Source of the DNA: an uncultured Bacilli bacterium
GTDB taxonomy: Bacteria > Bacillota_I > Bacilli_A > RF39 > UBA660
Direction: 5' to 3'
NCBI GenBank assembly: GCA_947631515.1
Contig: CANRLP010000001.1
Location: forward strand, 223-64,222
Length of the DNA stretch: 64,000 nt
Shown here piece after piece: positions 29,799-39,961 of this stretch. How positions within the stretch are numbered: the stretch's first letter is position 1; every line of letters begins with the position of its first letter. The position numbers and the translations under genes are program-made. The notes under the pieces were generated by a model. That model saw nothing but the letters and a program-made list of their open reading frames with translations. It was not told the DNA's origin and searched no databases.

Positions 29799-31718
29799 CT
29801 AAATATCCAAATCCTCAGCTTCATGGCCATGTTCTTCAATATATTGTTTTCTTGGTAAAACATCATCACCCATAAAATCACTAATGATTTTATCAGCTTC
29901 CATCGCATCTTCAACCGTAACTCTTCTTAAAATACGATTACTTATATGCATTGTTGTATCTCTTAAATCTTCTGCTTCCATTTCACCTAAACCTTTAAAA
30001 CGTTGAACAATTGGCTTAGCATTACTTGGTAAAGTAGTTCGATAAGACTCTAATTCTTCTTCTGTTTGAAAATATTTATTAGTTTTACCATAAGTTATAC
30101 GGAATAATGGTGGTTGAGCAACATATACATACCCACCTTCAATAATTGGTCTAAAAAAGCGATAAAATAATGTTAATAACAAAATTTGAATGTGAGAACC
30201 ATCAACATCAGCATCGGTCATGATAATTATTTTATGATATCTTAATTTACTTACGTCAAAATCATCGCCGATACCTGTACCAAAAGCCGTAATCATAGTT
30301 CTAATTTCTTCATTAGATAATGCTCTATCAAGACGAGCCTTTTCTACATTTAAAATTTTACCACGTAAAGGCAATATAGCTTGAGTTTGAGGAATTCTAG
30401 CTAGTTTAGCATTCCCTCCGGCACTATCTCCTTCGACAATAAATATCTCCGAAATAGAAGCATCTTTACTTGTACAATCAGCAAGTTTTCCTAACGTATT
30501 TATAGAATCTAAAACTGTTTTTCTTCTTGTAATTTCCCGAGCTTTTTTAGCAGCAAGACGAGCATGTAAAGCCGTCATAGACTTATCAACAATTAATTTT
30601 GCTTCTTCAGGATTTTCCATTAAAAATCTTTCAAAACCTTCACTAAACACATCGTCAGCTATTTTTCTTACTTCACTATTACCAAGTTTCGTTTTAGTTT
30701 GACCTTCAAATTGAGGATCAGGATGTTTACAAGAAATAATCATTGTAAGACCTTCCCTAACATCTTCTCCTGTTAAAGCATCATCATTATCTTTTAAAAT
30801 TTTGGCATTTTTAGCATAATTATTAATAATTCTAGTTAAAGCTCTTTTTACTCCGTCTTCGTGAGTTCCACCTTCATAAGTATTAATGTTATTAGTAAAA
30901 GAATAAAGATTAGCATTATAAGAGTCATTGTATTGCATAGCAACTTCTATTTCAATACCATCCTCAGTTCCTTCAACATATATAACTTCATCATGAAGTA
31001 CTTTTTTATTTTTATTAAGCATTTTTACATATTCAATAATTCCACCATGATACAAAAATTCATCTTTTTTATCTTCTTCACGTTCATCAATTAAAACAAT
31101 TCGAATTCCTTTATTCAAAAAAGCAAGTTCTTGTAAACGTTTAGCTAATGTATCGTAATTATAAATTGTTGTTTCTGTAAAAATTTCTGGATCAGCTTTA
31201 AAAGTTACGGTTGTTCCAGTTCTATTTTCTTCACAAGTTCCAATTTCTTTCAAAGGTTCAACCGGATGGCCACCATTTTCAAATTTTTGATAAAAAATCT
31301 TACCTTCCCTGTAAATAGTAACTTCAAGCCATGTTGATAAAGCATTAACGACACTAGCTCCAACACCATGTAATCCTCCACTAACTTTATAACCACCGCC
31401 GCCAAATTTTCCACCAGCATGCAAAACGGTAAATATTGTTTCAACAGTAGATAAGCCAGTTTTTTGATTGATTCCTGTTGGCATACCTCTTCCATCATCT
31501 TTAACTGTAATTGTATTGCCTTTACCAACAACGACTTCTATATCGTCACAATATCCTGCTAAAGCTTCATCAATAGCATTATCAACAATTTCCCAAACTA
31601 AATGATGCAATCCTTTTTCACTAGTTGTACCAATATACATTCCCGGACGTTTTCTAACAGCTTCTAAGCCCTCTAATACTTGAATATCACTATCATCATA
31701 ATGTTTATTTTCGTCCAT
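29799..31718 (-). CDS. gyrB: DNA gyrase subunit B
   Basis: GHKL ATPase, Toprim [17 protein letters not shown]. Confidence 0.97.
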   Translation of the reverse strand: MDENKHYDDSDIQVLEGLEAVRKRPGMYIGTTSEKGLHHLVWEIVDNAIDEALAGYCDDIEVVVGKGNTITVKDDGRGMPTGINQKTGLSTVETIFTVLHAGGKFGGGGYKVSGGLHGVGASVVNALSTWLEVTIYREGKIFYQKFENGGHPVEPLKEIGTCEENRTGTTVTFKADPEIFTETTIYNYDTLAKRLQELAFLNKGIRIVLIDEREEDKKDEFLYHGGIIEYVKMLNKNKKVLHDEVIYVEGTEDGIEIEVAMQYNDSYNANLYSFTNNINTYEGGTHEDGVKRALTRIINNYAKNAKILKDNDDALTGEDVREGLTMIISCKHPDPQFEGQTKTKLGNSEVRKIADDVFSEGFERFLMENPEEAKLIVDKSMTALHARLAAKKAREITRRKTVLDSINTLGKLADCTSKDASISEIFIVEGDSAGGNAKLARIPQTQAILPLRGKILNVEKARLDRALSNEEIRTMITAFGTGIGDDFDVSKLRYHKIIIMTDADVDGSHIQILLLTLFYRFFRPIIEGGYVYVAQPPLFRITYGKTNKYFQTEEELESYRTTLPSNAKPIVQRFKGLGEMEAEDLRDTTMHISNRILRRVTVEDAMEADKIISDFMGDDVLPRKQYIEEHGHEAEDLDI

Positions 31719-32812
31719 TATTCTACCTCCTCTAATAAACCATTCGAAATAAAAAACTTTTTATAATTTTTATCTTTTAATAAAAATGATAATTTTTCTA
31801 TTTCCGTTGTTGTTATAAATGTTTGAATATCTTGTTCAATAAATTGCAAAATATTTTTGATTTTTTCAACATCTAATTCACTTAATAAATCATCTAATAT
31901 TAATATGGGAGTAACATTTTTCTCTTTTTTAAAAATACATATTTCACTAAATTTCCAAGCAATTACCGCATTTTTTTGTTGACCTTCAGATCCATAATCT
32001 TTTAAATCATATTCATCTAAATATAAATGAAAATCATCATGATGAATACCAATATTGGTTTTGCCAAATGCTAAATCTCTTTTCAAATTTTTATTATATA
32101 AGTTAATTAATTCCTTTCGAGATTTATTTTGATAATCACTATCATATTGAACTACCAAATCCCCATCTAAAGCTATTTTTTTATAAATATCTTTTAAATA
32201 TAAGTTAAGATTTTTTAAATAATTTTCGCGCATTTGATAAATTTCTAAGCCTGAATCAATTAATTTTTCCGTAATAACTTGTAAATAAGTCGTCATAGCA
32301 TTACCATTTAAATACATTTGTTTTAAATAAGCATTACGAATTTTCAGAAGTTTATTATAATCATTTAATTTTTTTAAATACTCAATATGAAGTTGAGACA
32401 AACCAATATTCAAATATTTTCGACGAATACTGGGAGTATCTTTAATCATTTTTAAATCATTCGGATTAAATAAAACTACATTAATTTTCGAAACATAATC
32501 ACTAATTCTTGTTATCTTATTATTATTAATTTTAACTTTTTTACCATCATTATTAATAATAATCTTGAAAGTAGTTTGAAATTCATCATTTAACATACCT
32601 TCTATTTTAGTCAAATTTGTTCCGGATTTTATTAAGGTTTTATCATTTATTTGGCGAAAACTTCTTGTAATTGCAAGTACATATATTGCTTCTACTAAAT
32701 TTGTTTTACCACTACCATTTTTACCATAAATAATATTTAAATGATTATCAAAGGTAACTGCTAATTGATTATAATTTCGAAAATTTAGTAATTTCAAATT
32801 CTGTATTTGCAT
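31718..32812 (-). CDS. recF: DNA replication and repair protein RecF
   Basis: GKNGSGKTN Walker A, C-terminal signature and Walker B. Confidence 0.95.
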   Translation of the reverse strand: MQIQNLKLLNFRNYNQLAVTFDNHLNIIYGKNGSGKTNLVEAIYVLAITRSFRQINDKTLIKSGTNLTKIEGMLNDEFQTTFKIIINNDGKKVKINNNKITRISDYVSKINVVLFNPNDLKMIKDTPSIRRKYLNIGLSQLHIEYLKKLNDYNKLLKIRNAYLKQMYLNGNAMTTYLQVITEKLIDSGLEIYQMRENYLKNLNLYLKDIYKKIALDGDLVVQYDSDYQNKSRKELINLYNKNLKRDLAFGKTNIGIHHDDFHLYLDEYDLKDYGSEGQQKNAVIAWKFSEICIFKKEKNVTPILILDDLLSELDVEKIKNILQFIEQDIQTFITTTEIEKLSFLLKDKNYKKFFISNGLLEEVE

Positions 32813-32844
32813 TTTTGGCCTCTTTTACGCTCATATAATAAAAT

Positions 32845-32874
32845 AATAGGTATTTATGTACTCCTATACCTATT
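32845..32874 (-). terminator. hairpin after comK-like gene (AATAGGTAT...ATACCTATT, 9-bp stem)
   Basis: Inverted repeat in the 77-nt gap between the comK-like stop and recF start, followed by a T-rich tract on the minus strand. Confidence 0.35.
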
Positions 32875-32889
32875 AAAATTATAACATAT

Positions 32890-33363
32890 TTAAGCATTTT
32901 TTTGTATCTTTTTTTCAAGTTTTCGGCCATTTAAGACAGATTCTAAGCGCGTAGCCCTCATAACTTGATTATCCACAATTCCATATGTGGTATCTAATGA
33001 TAATTTATCGCCATTTTTAAATACTACTATTAAATGATTTTTTTCATAATAGTAGCGATCAATACTACTAAGTCTTAACCACGAGCATTCTGGAAGTCTA
33101 GGAGAAGTTGTGGGAAAAAATATTATACTATTGCTTTCTTCAACTATAATGGGAGCTTTGTAAGAAACTCCAATTAAATTTTCTGTTCCTTTTTTTCTTC
33201 CAGCTAAACTACTTCCAAAATATTCACAACTTTCTTCCATAATTTCATTAGCACACTTATTAACAATGAAATTAGAATCTTCTTCATATACTCGTGTTTT
33301 ATTTCCCATAGCATATAAAGCAACGGTATTATTATTAATTTCATAATTTTCCATCCATTTCAC
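32890..33363 (-). CDS. comK: ComK-family competence transcription factor homolog
   Basis: YEINNNTVAL, FGSSLAGRKKGT, KAPIIVEESNSIIFFPTTSPRLPECSW align to B. subtilis ComK (FGSSYAGRKAGT; KPPIMVDPSNQIFLFPTLSSTRPQCGW). AGGGGG RBS. Confidence 0.75.
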   Translation of the reverse strand: MKWMENYEINNNTVALYAMGNKTRVYEEDSNFIVNKCANEIMEESCEYFGSSLAGRKKGTENLIGVSYKAPIIVEESNSIIFFPTTSPRLPECSWLRLSSIDRYYYEKNHLIVVFKNGDKLSLDTTYGIVDNQVMRATRLESVLNGRKLEKKIQKNA

Positions 33364-33409
33364 CCCCTAACTTTGGAAAATTGTTTATTACCTTAACAGA
33401 TAAATATTA

Positions 33410-33445
33410 AATTTTTTGTCGAAAAAAAAGCTTACTAACAATTTA
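33410..33445 (-). terminator. intrinsic terminator after dnaN
   Basis: CTTACTA-acaatt-TAGTAAG hairpin followed by T8 on the minus strand. Confidence 0.6.
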
Positions 33446-33452
33446 GTAAGTT

Positions 33453-34571
33453 TTATTTATTAAATATTGGTAAAACTAGTTGAATTAAAGATTCATCTGT
33501 TAAAGATTTTATAATTATTGGTTTAACATCCGTATTTAGTAAAATTAATATTTCTTCCTCTTTTATAGCTTTTAATGCTTCTAACATATAGCGAGAACTA
33601 AAGTAAATTTCAATATTAGAACTAGCATCTGTATCTACAGTCAATTTTTCTTCAACTTTTCCAATTTCGCTAGCTGATGAAGAAATTTGCATCTCTTTAT
33701 TTTCAATCTTCATTTTAATTATATTTTTATCTTTTCCTTGAGTTAATAAGGCTGCTCTATCTACACTTGCCATAAATTCATCTTTATTCATTTTTATTAA
33801 AATAGCAAATTCAGTTGGAATTAAATTAGAAGTATTAGGATAAGTTCCAGAAAGAAGATTTGTTTGAAATTTTATATTTTTATATTTAAACAACACTTTA
33901 TTACTAAAAATGTGCATTTCAACATTTTCATCATCCGTAATTATTTTTTCTAATTCCATAATATTTTTACCAGGTATAACAATATTTATATCGTTTGTAA
34001 CTGGGGTTGATAACTTAATATTTTTTTTAGCTAAACGATAAGAATCAGTTGCTATAAATATTAAAATATCTCCGGTAATAGTGACATTTATACCTGTTAA
34101 TAGCGGCCGTAATTCTTGATTAGATATAGCAAAAACAGTTTGATTAATTAATGACTTTAAGACATCTCCTTTTAAAATAATTGGATCTTTATGTTCATCT
34201 ATTCTTAAATTTGGATAATCATTAGCATCTAAACAATTCAAATTATATTGGTTATTTTCTGTATAAATTCTAATTTTTAAACCATCTATAACTTCAAAGT
34301 GAATAATATCACTAGGCATTTTTCTTATTATTTCTAATATATATTTACTTTGAATAACTATTGTTCCTGTACTTTCAATACTTTTAATTTCTTTATTACT
34401 AATAAAGGCATTAATCGTAAGTTCACTATCACTAGCAGTTAAAGATAATCCTTCATTGGTTAAATCAAATTTAATTCCATTTAAGACTGGTATTACATTC
34501 TTAGTCGATACTCCTTTTATTACATGATTTAAATTTTCTAATAAAATGTTTTTATCAATTGTAAATTTCAT
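33453..34571 (-). CDS. dnaN: DNA polymerase III beta sliding clamp
   Basis: 372 aa with three-domain beta-clamp architecture, immediately after dnaA. Confidence 0.95.
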   Translation of the reverse strand: MKFTIDKNILLENLNHVIKGVSTKNVIPVLNGIKFDLTNEGLSLTASDSELTINAFISNKEIKSIESTGTIVIQSKYILEIIRKMPSDIIHFEVIDGLKIRIYTENNQYNLNCLDANDYPNLRIDEHKDPIILKGDVLKSLINQTVFAISNQELRPLLTGINVTITGDILIFIATDSYRLAKKNIKLSTPVTNDINIVIPGKNIMELEKIITDDENVEMHIFSNKVLFKYKNIKFQTNLLSGTYPNTSNLIPTEFAILIKMNKDEFMASVDRAALLTQGKDKNIIKMKIENKEMQISSSASEIGKVEEKLTVDTDASSNIEIYFSSRYMLEALKAIKEEEILILLNTDVKPIIIKSLTDESLIQLVLPIFNK

Positions 34572-34726
34572 TGTTCATTCCTTCTTTCTTTTTATTAATT
34601 TATTTTATTATGTTTATAATGCTGTTGATAAAGTGAATAACTCTATTTTTTCTTTATTTTATCGTATTTTAGCTATTTTTTTATTAGTGCATAAGCAAGT
34701 TTATTTTAAGTTAATTATCAACAATA
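34572..34726. promoter_or_regulatory. dnaA-dnaN intergenic DnaA-box cluster / AT-rich unwinding region (oriC part 2)
   Basis: TGTTGATAA (~34644) and TTATCAACA (~34706) boxes in a very AT-rich 155-bp spacer. Confidence 0.55.
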
Positions 34727-36118
34727 TTAAATTCTATTCTTAATTTCATTAATTTCAAATTCTATTTTTTTATTTTCCTTAATCTCCTTTTCAATTTTTT
34801 CATAAGCATGAATTACTGTTGAATGATCTCTTCCGCCAAATTCAAAACCTATTTTAGGAAAAGTTTCTTCGGTTAGCATTCTTGCTAAATACATGCCAAT
34901 TTGTCGTGGATAAGCAATTTTATTACTCCTTTTCTTACCTTTCAAATCTTCAACTGTTAAATTGTAATAACTTGCTACAGCTTGTTGAATATTTTGAATA
35001 CTATTTTCTGAGTAAATGTTATTACCTATATAGTCTTTAATTGCTTCATTGGCAAATTCTAAATCTATTTTATCTGGTACCATCATAGCTGTATAAGCCA
35101 TTAATCTATTTAAAGTTCCTTCTAGAAATCTTATATCATTAGGACAACAATTAGCAATAAATTCAATAACTGTTTCATCTAATTTGTCTGCTATACTGGT
35201 ATTTTTAATTTTTTGTTTTATGATTCGACAACGTAAATCTAAGTCTGGAGGATAAATATTAACAGGTAATCCCCACATAAAACGGCTTTGTAATCTTTCT
35301 TCTAATAATTTTAAATCCATAGGACTTCGATCAGAACTAATAATAATTTGTTTATTAGCTTGATGTAAAATATTAAAAGTATAAAAGAATTCTTGTTGGG
35401 TTTTTTCGGCCCCTACTAAGTATTGAATATCATCAATAATTAAGACATCAACATTTCGATATTTGTTTTTAAAATTATTGGCATAATCAATGGAATTCGG
35501 CCCTTTTTCAACATAAGCAATTCCCGTAAAATCATTCATAAACATATCACTTGTTGTGTATAAAACTTTTTTATTGGTCGTTTGAGTTATAAAGTTTCCA
35601 ATGGCATGCATTAAATGAGTTTTACCTAATCCACTTTTTCCATATATAAATAAAGGATTATGTAATTTTCCAGGTTGTTCAGCTACTGCCATCGCCGCAA
35701 TTTTAGCCAAACGATTTGTATCACCTACTACAAAGTTATCAAAATTAAGATTTGGCTTTAAATTACTTTCCCAAACTTCATTCTGCTCTTCTTTTTCTTT
35801 GGTTTGTGGATAAGTATCTATAGGAGTATTTTTATTTTCGATTTCATCTTCTAAAACAAATTTAATATCATAATTTATATTGGTTATTTTTAATAAAATA
35901 TCTTCAATTAATGAATAATAATTGTCACTTAAAATATTTCGGTGAATATCCATAGGGACTTGAATAGTTATTAAATTATTTTCAATGCTAATTAATTTTA
36001 AGTCATTAAACCAAGCATAATAAGATGCTGAATTTATCTCATTTTTAATATTTTCTAAAAATTTATTCCATATTTCTTCAACTAACAAATCCATCACCCC
36101 GCTTGTTATTATTACCAA
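34727..36118 (-). CDS. dnaA: chromosomal replication initiator DnaA
   Basis: AAA+ GKSGLGKTHL, box VII, C-terminal DNA-binding signature. Confidence 0.97.
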   Translation of the reverse strand: MVIITSGVMDLLVEEIWNKFLENIKNEINSASYYAWFNDLKLISIENNLITIQVPMDIHRNILSDNYYSLIEDILLKITNINYDIKFVLEDEIENKNTPIDTYPQTKEKEEQNEVWESNLKPNLNFDNFVVGDTNRLAKIAAMAVAEQPGKLHNPLFIYGKSGLGKTHLMHAIGNFITQTTNKKVLYTTSDMFMNDFTGIAYVEKGPNSIDYANNFKNKYRNVDVLIIDDIQYLVGAEKTQQEFFYTFNILHQANKQIIISSDRSPMDLKLLEERLQSRFMWGLPVNIYPPDLDLRCRIIKQKIKNTSIADKLDETVIEFIANCCPNDIRFLEGTLNRLMAYTAMMVPDKIDLEFANEAIKDYIGNNIYSENSIQNIQQAVASYYNLTVEDLKGKKRSNKIAYPRQIGMYLARMLTEETFPKIGFEFGGRDHSTVIHAYEKIEKEIKENKKIEFEINEIKNRI

Positions 36119-36449
36119 TTTAATTGTAGCTCAAACCACTTAAATTGAAAAGTCTAAAATAATTATTCACTCTAATTCACATGTTATCAACAGCAAATTT
36201 TTCCTTATTCTATCTGATTTTAGAATATTTATCAACATTATCCACAAATTTTCAAATAATTTTTATGCACATTGTTTATATAATTTATCAACAATAATGT
36301 TAATATGTTGATAAAGACTAAATTTCCTTTAATTTAATGATTAGATATAAACATTTTTATAAACTAGTGTATTTTTCAAACATCTTCTTGACTTTTTTTA
36401 TGCACTAATATTATAATAAGGAAGCTTAGATTTAAAGGAGGAAGAAAAA
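36119..36449. promoter_or_regulatory. oriC DnaA-box cluster between dnaA and rpmH
   Basis: Perfect TTATCCACA at 36238-36246. TTATCAACA at 36184-36192, 36229-36237 and 36285-36293, and TGTTGATAA at 36306-36314. The coding strand switches here. Confidence 0.75.
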
Positions 36450-36575
36450 ATGTTTAGTACTTATCACCCAAATAAAAGAAAAAAAGCTAAAAAACATGGA
36501 TTTTTTGCACGTAAAGAAACTAAAATTTTAAAAAATAGAAGAAAAAAAGGTCGTAAAAATTTAATAACTAAATAA
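36450..36575 (+). CDS. rpmH: 50S ribosomal protein L34 (41 aa; below ORF-track size cut-off)
   Basis: MFSTYHPNKRKKAKKHGFFARKETKILKNRRKKGRKNLITK. GGAGG RBS at 36436-36440. Confidence 0.9.
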   Translation: MFSTYHPNKRKKAKKHGFFARKETKILKNRRKKGRKNLITK

Positions 36576-36598
36576 CCACTAATTATGTGGTTTTTTTA
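36575..36598 (+). terminator. hairpin plus T-run between rpmH and rnpA (terminator/attenuator)
   Basis: ACCAC-TAATTAT-GTGGT followed by T8. The ORF-track GTG start for rnpA (36587) lies inside this hairpin. Confidence 0.45.
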
Positions 36599-36616
36599 TT
36601 AAAAAGGATGATTTTA

Positions 36617-36943
36617 ATGAAAAAAAAAGAAGTTGTTAAAAAAAAGGAAGAATTTAATAATATAATTAAAACTTGTCCTTATAAAAAAAATAAATATTTT
36701 ACTATATATATAAGGAAAAGAGAAAATGCAATTGCTCGTTTTGGTCTAGCAATAAGTAAAAAAGTTGGAATTGCTGTTGTTCGTAATCGTTTAAAAAGAC
36801 AATTACGAGCTATAATTGATAAAAATAAAGGTATCTTTTCAAATAGTTGTGATTATATTATAATGATTAAGAAAGATTGTGTTAATTCATCTTTCCAAAT
36901 TTTAGAAAAAAATTTAATTAATTTATTAAAGGAGACAAAATGA
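36617..36943 (+). CDS. rnpA: ribonuclease P protein component
   Basis: MKKKEVVKKKEEFNNIIK... matches the RnpA N-terminus (MKK.NRLKKNEDFQKVF). Start chosen at ATG 36617 with AAGGA RBS. Confidence 0.85.
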   Translation: MKKKEVVKKKEEFNNIIKTCPYKKNKYFTIYIRKRENAIARFGLAISKKVGIAVVRNRLKRQLRAIIDKNKGIFSNSCDYIIMIKKDCVNSSFQILEKNLINLLKETK

Positions 36944-37896
36944 AATATAAAAAAATTACCGTGTTAATAGCATTAATTTTATTATTTACGACAGGGTGTG
37001 GAAATTCTAACTATATTCAAGATAATAAAAAGATTGTTACTAATGAAGAAACAGGTCAAAGTTTACAAAATAATATTTTATGTAAACCGACAGAAAAAGA
37101 ATTATATGAGATTTATGAAAAATATAATGATCAATTAAAGACAAAATTGGAAGATTTACCAACATGTCAAGAATTTACTCCTAACAAAATAGCTTATCAT
37201 GGCTTATGGGAATCTTTATTTGTTAAACCATTAGCTTATATAATTTTAAAATTAGGAATGTTAGTAAAAAATTACGGTATATCAGTTATGTTAGTAGGTT
37301 TAGGTATTAGATTGATATTAATGCCATTTTCTAAAAAGAGTATGGATCAATCTGAAAATATGAAAAAAGCTACTCCAGAAATTCAAAAAATTGAAAAAAA
37401 ATATGCAAACAAAACTGATACTGATTCAATGATGATGAAAAGTCAAGAAACAATGTTAGTTTATAAAAAATATAATATAAATCCAGTATCGGGTTGTTTA
37501 ATTGCTTTTATCCAACTTCCTTTATTTTTTGCTTTCCTCCAAGCTATTAATAGAGTACCTGCTATATTTGAAGATAGTTTGTTAGGCATGAAATTAGGAA
37601 TGACTCCATGGATAGGTATTAGCAAAGGAAATTATATTTATATAATTTTAATTATCTTAATAATTTTAACTACGTATTTATCATTTAAGAATTCTATGAA
37701 ACAAACAGGAACAAATAGTGAAATGGAACGTCAAATGCAATTTTCTTTGAAATTTATGATTATTATGATATCAATTGCATCATTTAGTTTACCAACAGCT
37801 ATAGCTTTATACTGGGTGGTTACTAATGGCTTTATTGTAATTCAAAATTACATATTTAAAAAAATGAATGAAAAAAGTTCCAAAAAGAGAGGTTAA
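36940..37896 (+). CDS. yidC: membrane protein insertase YidC/SpoIIIJ (lipoprotein)
   Basis: Lipobox LLFTTGCGNS, multi-TM 60-kDa-IMP domain. Confidence 0.9.
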   Translation: MKYKKITVLIALILLFTTGCGNSNYIQDNKKIVTNEETGQSLQNNILCKPTEKELYEIYEKYNDQLKTKLEDLPTCQEFTPNKIAYHGLWESLFVKPLAYIILKLGMLVKNYGISVMLVGLGIRLILMPFSKKSMDQSENMKKATPEIQKIEKKYANKTDTDSMMMKSQETMLVYKKYNINPVSGCLIAFIQLPLFFAFLQAINRVPAIFEDSLLGMKLGMTPWIGISKGNYIYIILIILIILTTYLSFKNSMKQTGTNSEMERQMQFSLKFMIIMISIASFSLPTAIALYWVVTNGFIVIQNYIFKKMNEKSSKKRG

Positions 37897-37898
37897 TT

Positions 37899-38510
37899 AT
37901 GAAAGAAGTAGAATTAAGTGCTAAATCAAAAGAAGAGGCTTTAAAAAAAGTAGAAGAAGCTTTAAATGCTAGTGTAGATGAAATTATTTATCATATAACT
38001 GAAGAAAAAGGTAAGTTATTTAAGAGTCCAACTTACACTATTAAAGCTATTACATATGATGAAGTAAATAAAATAATTTTGGCATATTTAGAAGAAGTAA
38101 TTAAAAATTTAGGATTACATCCTACTATTGAATCTAAGATAGTTGAAAAAAAATTTGAGATACAAATGACTTCTGATAATAATCCTCTTTTAATTGGTAA
38201 GAATGGTCAAACTTTAAAAGCTTTAGAAGTATTAGCTAGACAATACATATTTAATAAATATAAATATTATATAAACATTAATATAGATATTGAAAATTAT
38301 AAAGAAAAACGTATTAAAAATTTAGAATATTTAGCTAAAAAAACTGCTAAAGAAGTTGTTATTACTCAAATAGAAGTAAAATTAGAAAACATGAATTCTT
38401 TTGAAAGAAGAATTGTTCATAATTCATTAACTGATTTTAAAGGTGTTACAACATTAAGTGAAGGAGAAGAACCTAATCGCCATGTTATAATCAAACCTGT
38501 TGCTAAATAA
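37899..38510 (+). CDS. jag: Jag/KhpB (KH + R3H RNA-binding protein)
   Basis: Jag-N, KH and R3H (NSFERRIVHN) motifs. Synteny. Confidence 0.85.
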   Translation: MKEVELSAKSKEEALKKVEEALNASVDEIIYHITEEKGKLFKSPTYTIKAITYDEVNKIILAYLEEVIKNLGLHPTIESKIVEKKFEIQMTSDNNPLLIGKNGQTLKALEVLARQYIFNKYKYYININIDIENYKEKRIKNLEYLAKKTAKEVVITQIEVKLENMNSFERRIVHNSLTDFKGVTTLSEGEEPNRHVIIKPVAK

Positions 38511-38597
38511 GCAATGGGTTTTTATATTAGTTATCAACAAATTATTTCCCGGGAAATATTTTTGTGTTATAATACCCACGAAAAAGGAAGTGCTAAC

Positions 38598-39953
38598 ATG
38601 AACGATAATGATACTATTGTTGCTATTTCTTCAGCTATGGGAAAAGGAGCAATTTCTATTATTCGATTAAGTGGAGAAAATTCAATTTCTATAGTTAATA
38701 AAATATTTAAAGGCAAAGATTTAAGTAAAGTACAATCTCATACTATTCATTATGGTTTTATAGTTGATGAAGAAAAAGAAATAGATGAAGTTCTTGTATC
38801 TGTAATGCTAGCTCCCAAAACTTATACTACAGAAGATATTGTGGAAATTAATTGTCATGGTGGTATATCTACAACTAATAAAGTTTTAGAATTAGTTATT
38901 AAAAATGGTGCACGTCTGGCTGAACCAGGGGAATTTACTAAAAGGGCATTTTTAAATGGGCGAATTAATTTAGTAGAGGCTGAAGCGGTTGGTGATTTAA
39001 TTGCTGCCAAAAGTGAAAAACAAAGAGCTGTAGCAATTAATGGGGTAAATGGTCGTTTAACTAAATTAATATCCAAGCAAAGAACAATTTTATTAGATTT
39101 ATTAGCTAATATTGCTGTTAATATTGATTATCCTGAATATGATGATGCTCTTGTTGTAACTGAAGAATATTTAAAAGAAAAATTGACAAATATTAAATTA
39201 GATTTAGAAATTTTATTAGAAAATGCGAAAATTGGTAAAATTATTAAATCAGGTATAGATATAGCTATAGTAGGAAGACCAAATGTTGGTAAAAGTAGTT
39301 TATTAAATGCTTTTTTAAATGAAGATAAAGCAATAGTTACCGATATATCAGGTACAACAAGAGATATAATAGAAGCAACAACTAACTTAAACGGAATTGA
39401 AATTAACTTAATAGATACCGCGGGAATAAGAAAAACAGATGATTTAGTAGAAAAAATAGGTGTTGATAAAAGTAAAAAAATAATAGATACTGCTGATTTA
39501 ATTATTTTAGTATTAAATAATAATGAGTTATTAACTAAAGAAGATGAAGAATTATTACAAAAAGTTTCCAAAAAACCTCATATTATTTTTGTTAATAAAA
39601 ATGATTTAGCAAAAAAATTAGAATTACCAAAAAATATAAAAAGTATCATGGGAAATACTCAAGAGTTAAATGGTTTAGAAGCTTTAAAAAAAGAAATTAT
39701 TACTATGTATAATTTAGATAAAATAGATGAAAAAGATAGTACTTACTTATCTAATATTCGTCAAATAAATTTAGTAAAAGAAGCTCTAGAAGAAATAAAT
39801 ATTGCTTTAACTGATCTTTCAAACCATATTCCTATTGATATGTTAGAAATTCATATTCGTTCTTCTTGGGAAAAATTAGGTATTTTAATTGGAGAAAATT
39901 ATGAAGATGAATTAATAGATAAATTATTTAAAAATTTTTGTTTAGGAAAGTAG
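38598..39953 (+). CDS. mnmE: tRNA modification GTPase MnmE
   Basis: GRPNVGKSSLLN, DTAG, C-terminal CLGK. Start at ATG 38598 after AAAGGAAG RBS. The ORF-track start at 38514 runs through the promoter. Confidence 0.93.
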   Translation: MNDNDTIVAISSAMGKGAISIIRLSGENSISIVNKIFKGKDLSKVQSHTIHYGFIVDEEKEIDEVLVSVMLAPKTYTTEDIVEINCHGGISTTNKVLELVIKNGARLAEPGEFTKRAFLNGRINLVEAEAVGDLIAAKSEKQRAVAINGVNGRLTKLISKQRTILLDLLANIAVNIDYPEYDDALVVTEEYLKEKLTNIKLDLEILLENAKIGKIIKSGIDIAIVGRPNVGKSSLLNAFLNEDKAIVTDISGTTRDIIEATTNLNGIEINLIDTAGIRKTDDLVEKIGVDKSKKIIDTADLIILVLNNNELLTKEDEELLQKVSKKPHIIFVNKNDLAKKLELPKNIKSIMGNTQELNGLEALKKEIITMYNLDKIDEKDSTYLSNIRQINLVKEALEEINIALTDLSNHIPIDMLEIHIRSSWEKLGILIGENYEDELIDKLFKNFCLGK

Positions 39954-39961
39954 ATGAAAAT

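Noticed and set aside
38514-38597. ORF-track N-terminal extensions (mnmE 38514, mnmG 39938, rnpA 36587, cca 49014, pgsA 56157, htrA 4837, ponA 54095, tadA 27292)
   Set aside because: These extensions run through promoters, terminator hairpins or neighbouring genes. Downstream ATGs with proper RBSs give N-termini that match the conserved protein families.
39128-39571. 147-aa minus-strand ORF
   Set aside because: It lies antisense inside mnmE, has a low-complexity S/I/L-rich translation, and is an AT-rich antisense artefact. The same applies to 38855-39076, 41064-41324, 42203-42388, 43051-43311 and 44548-44772.
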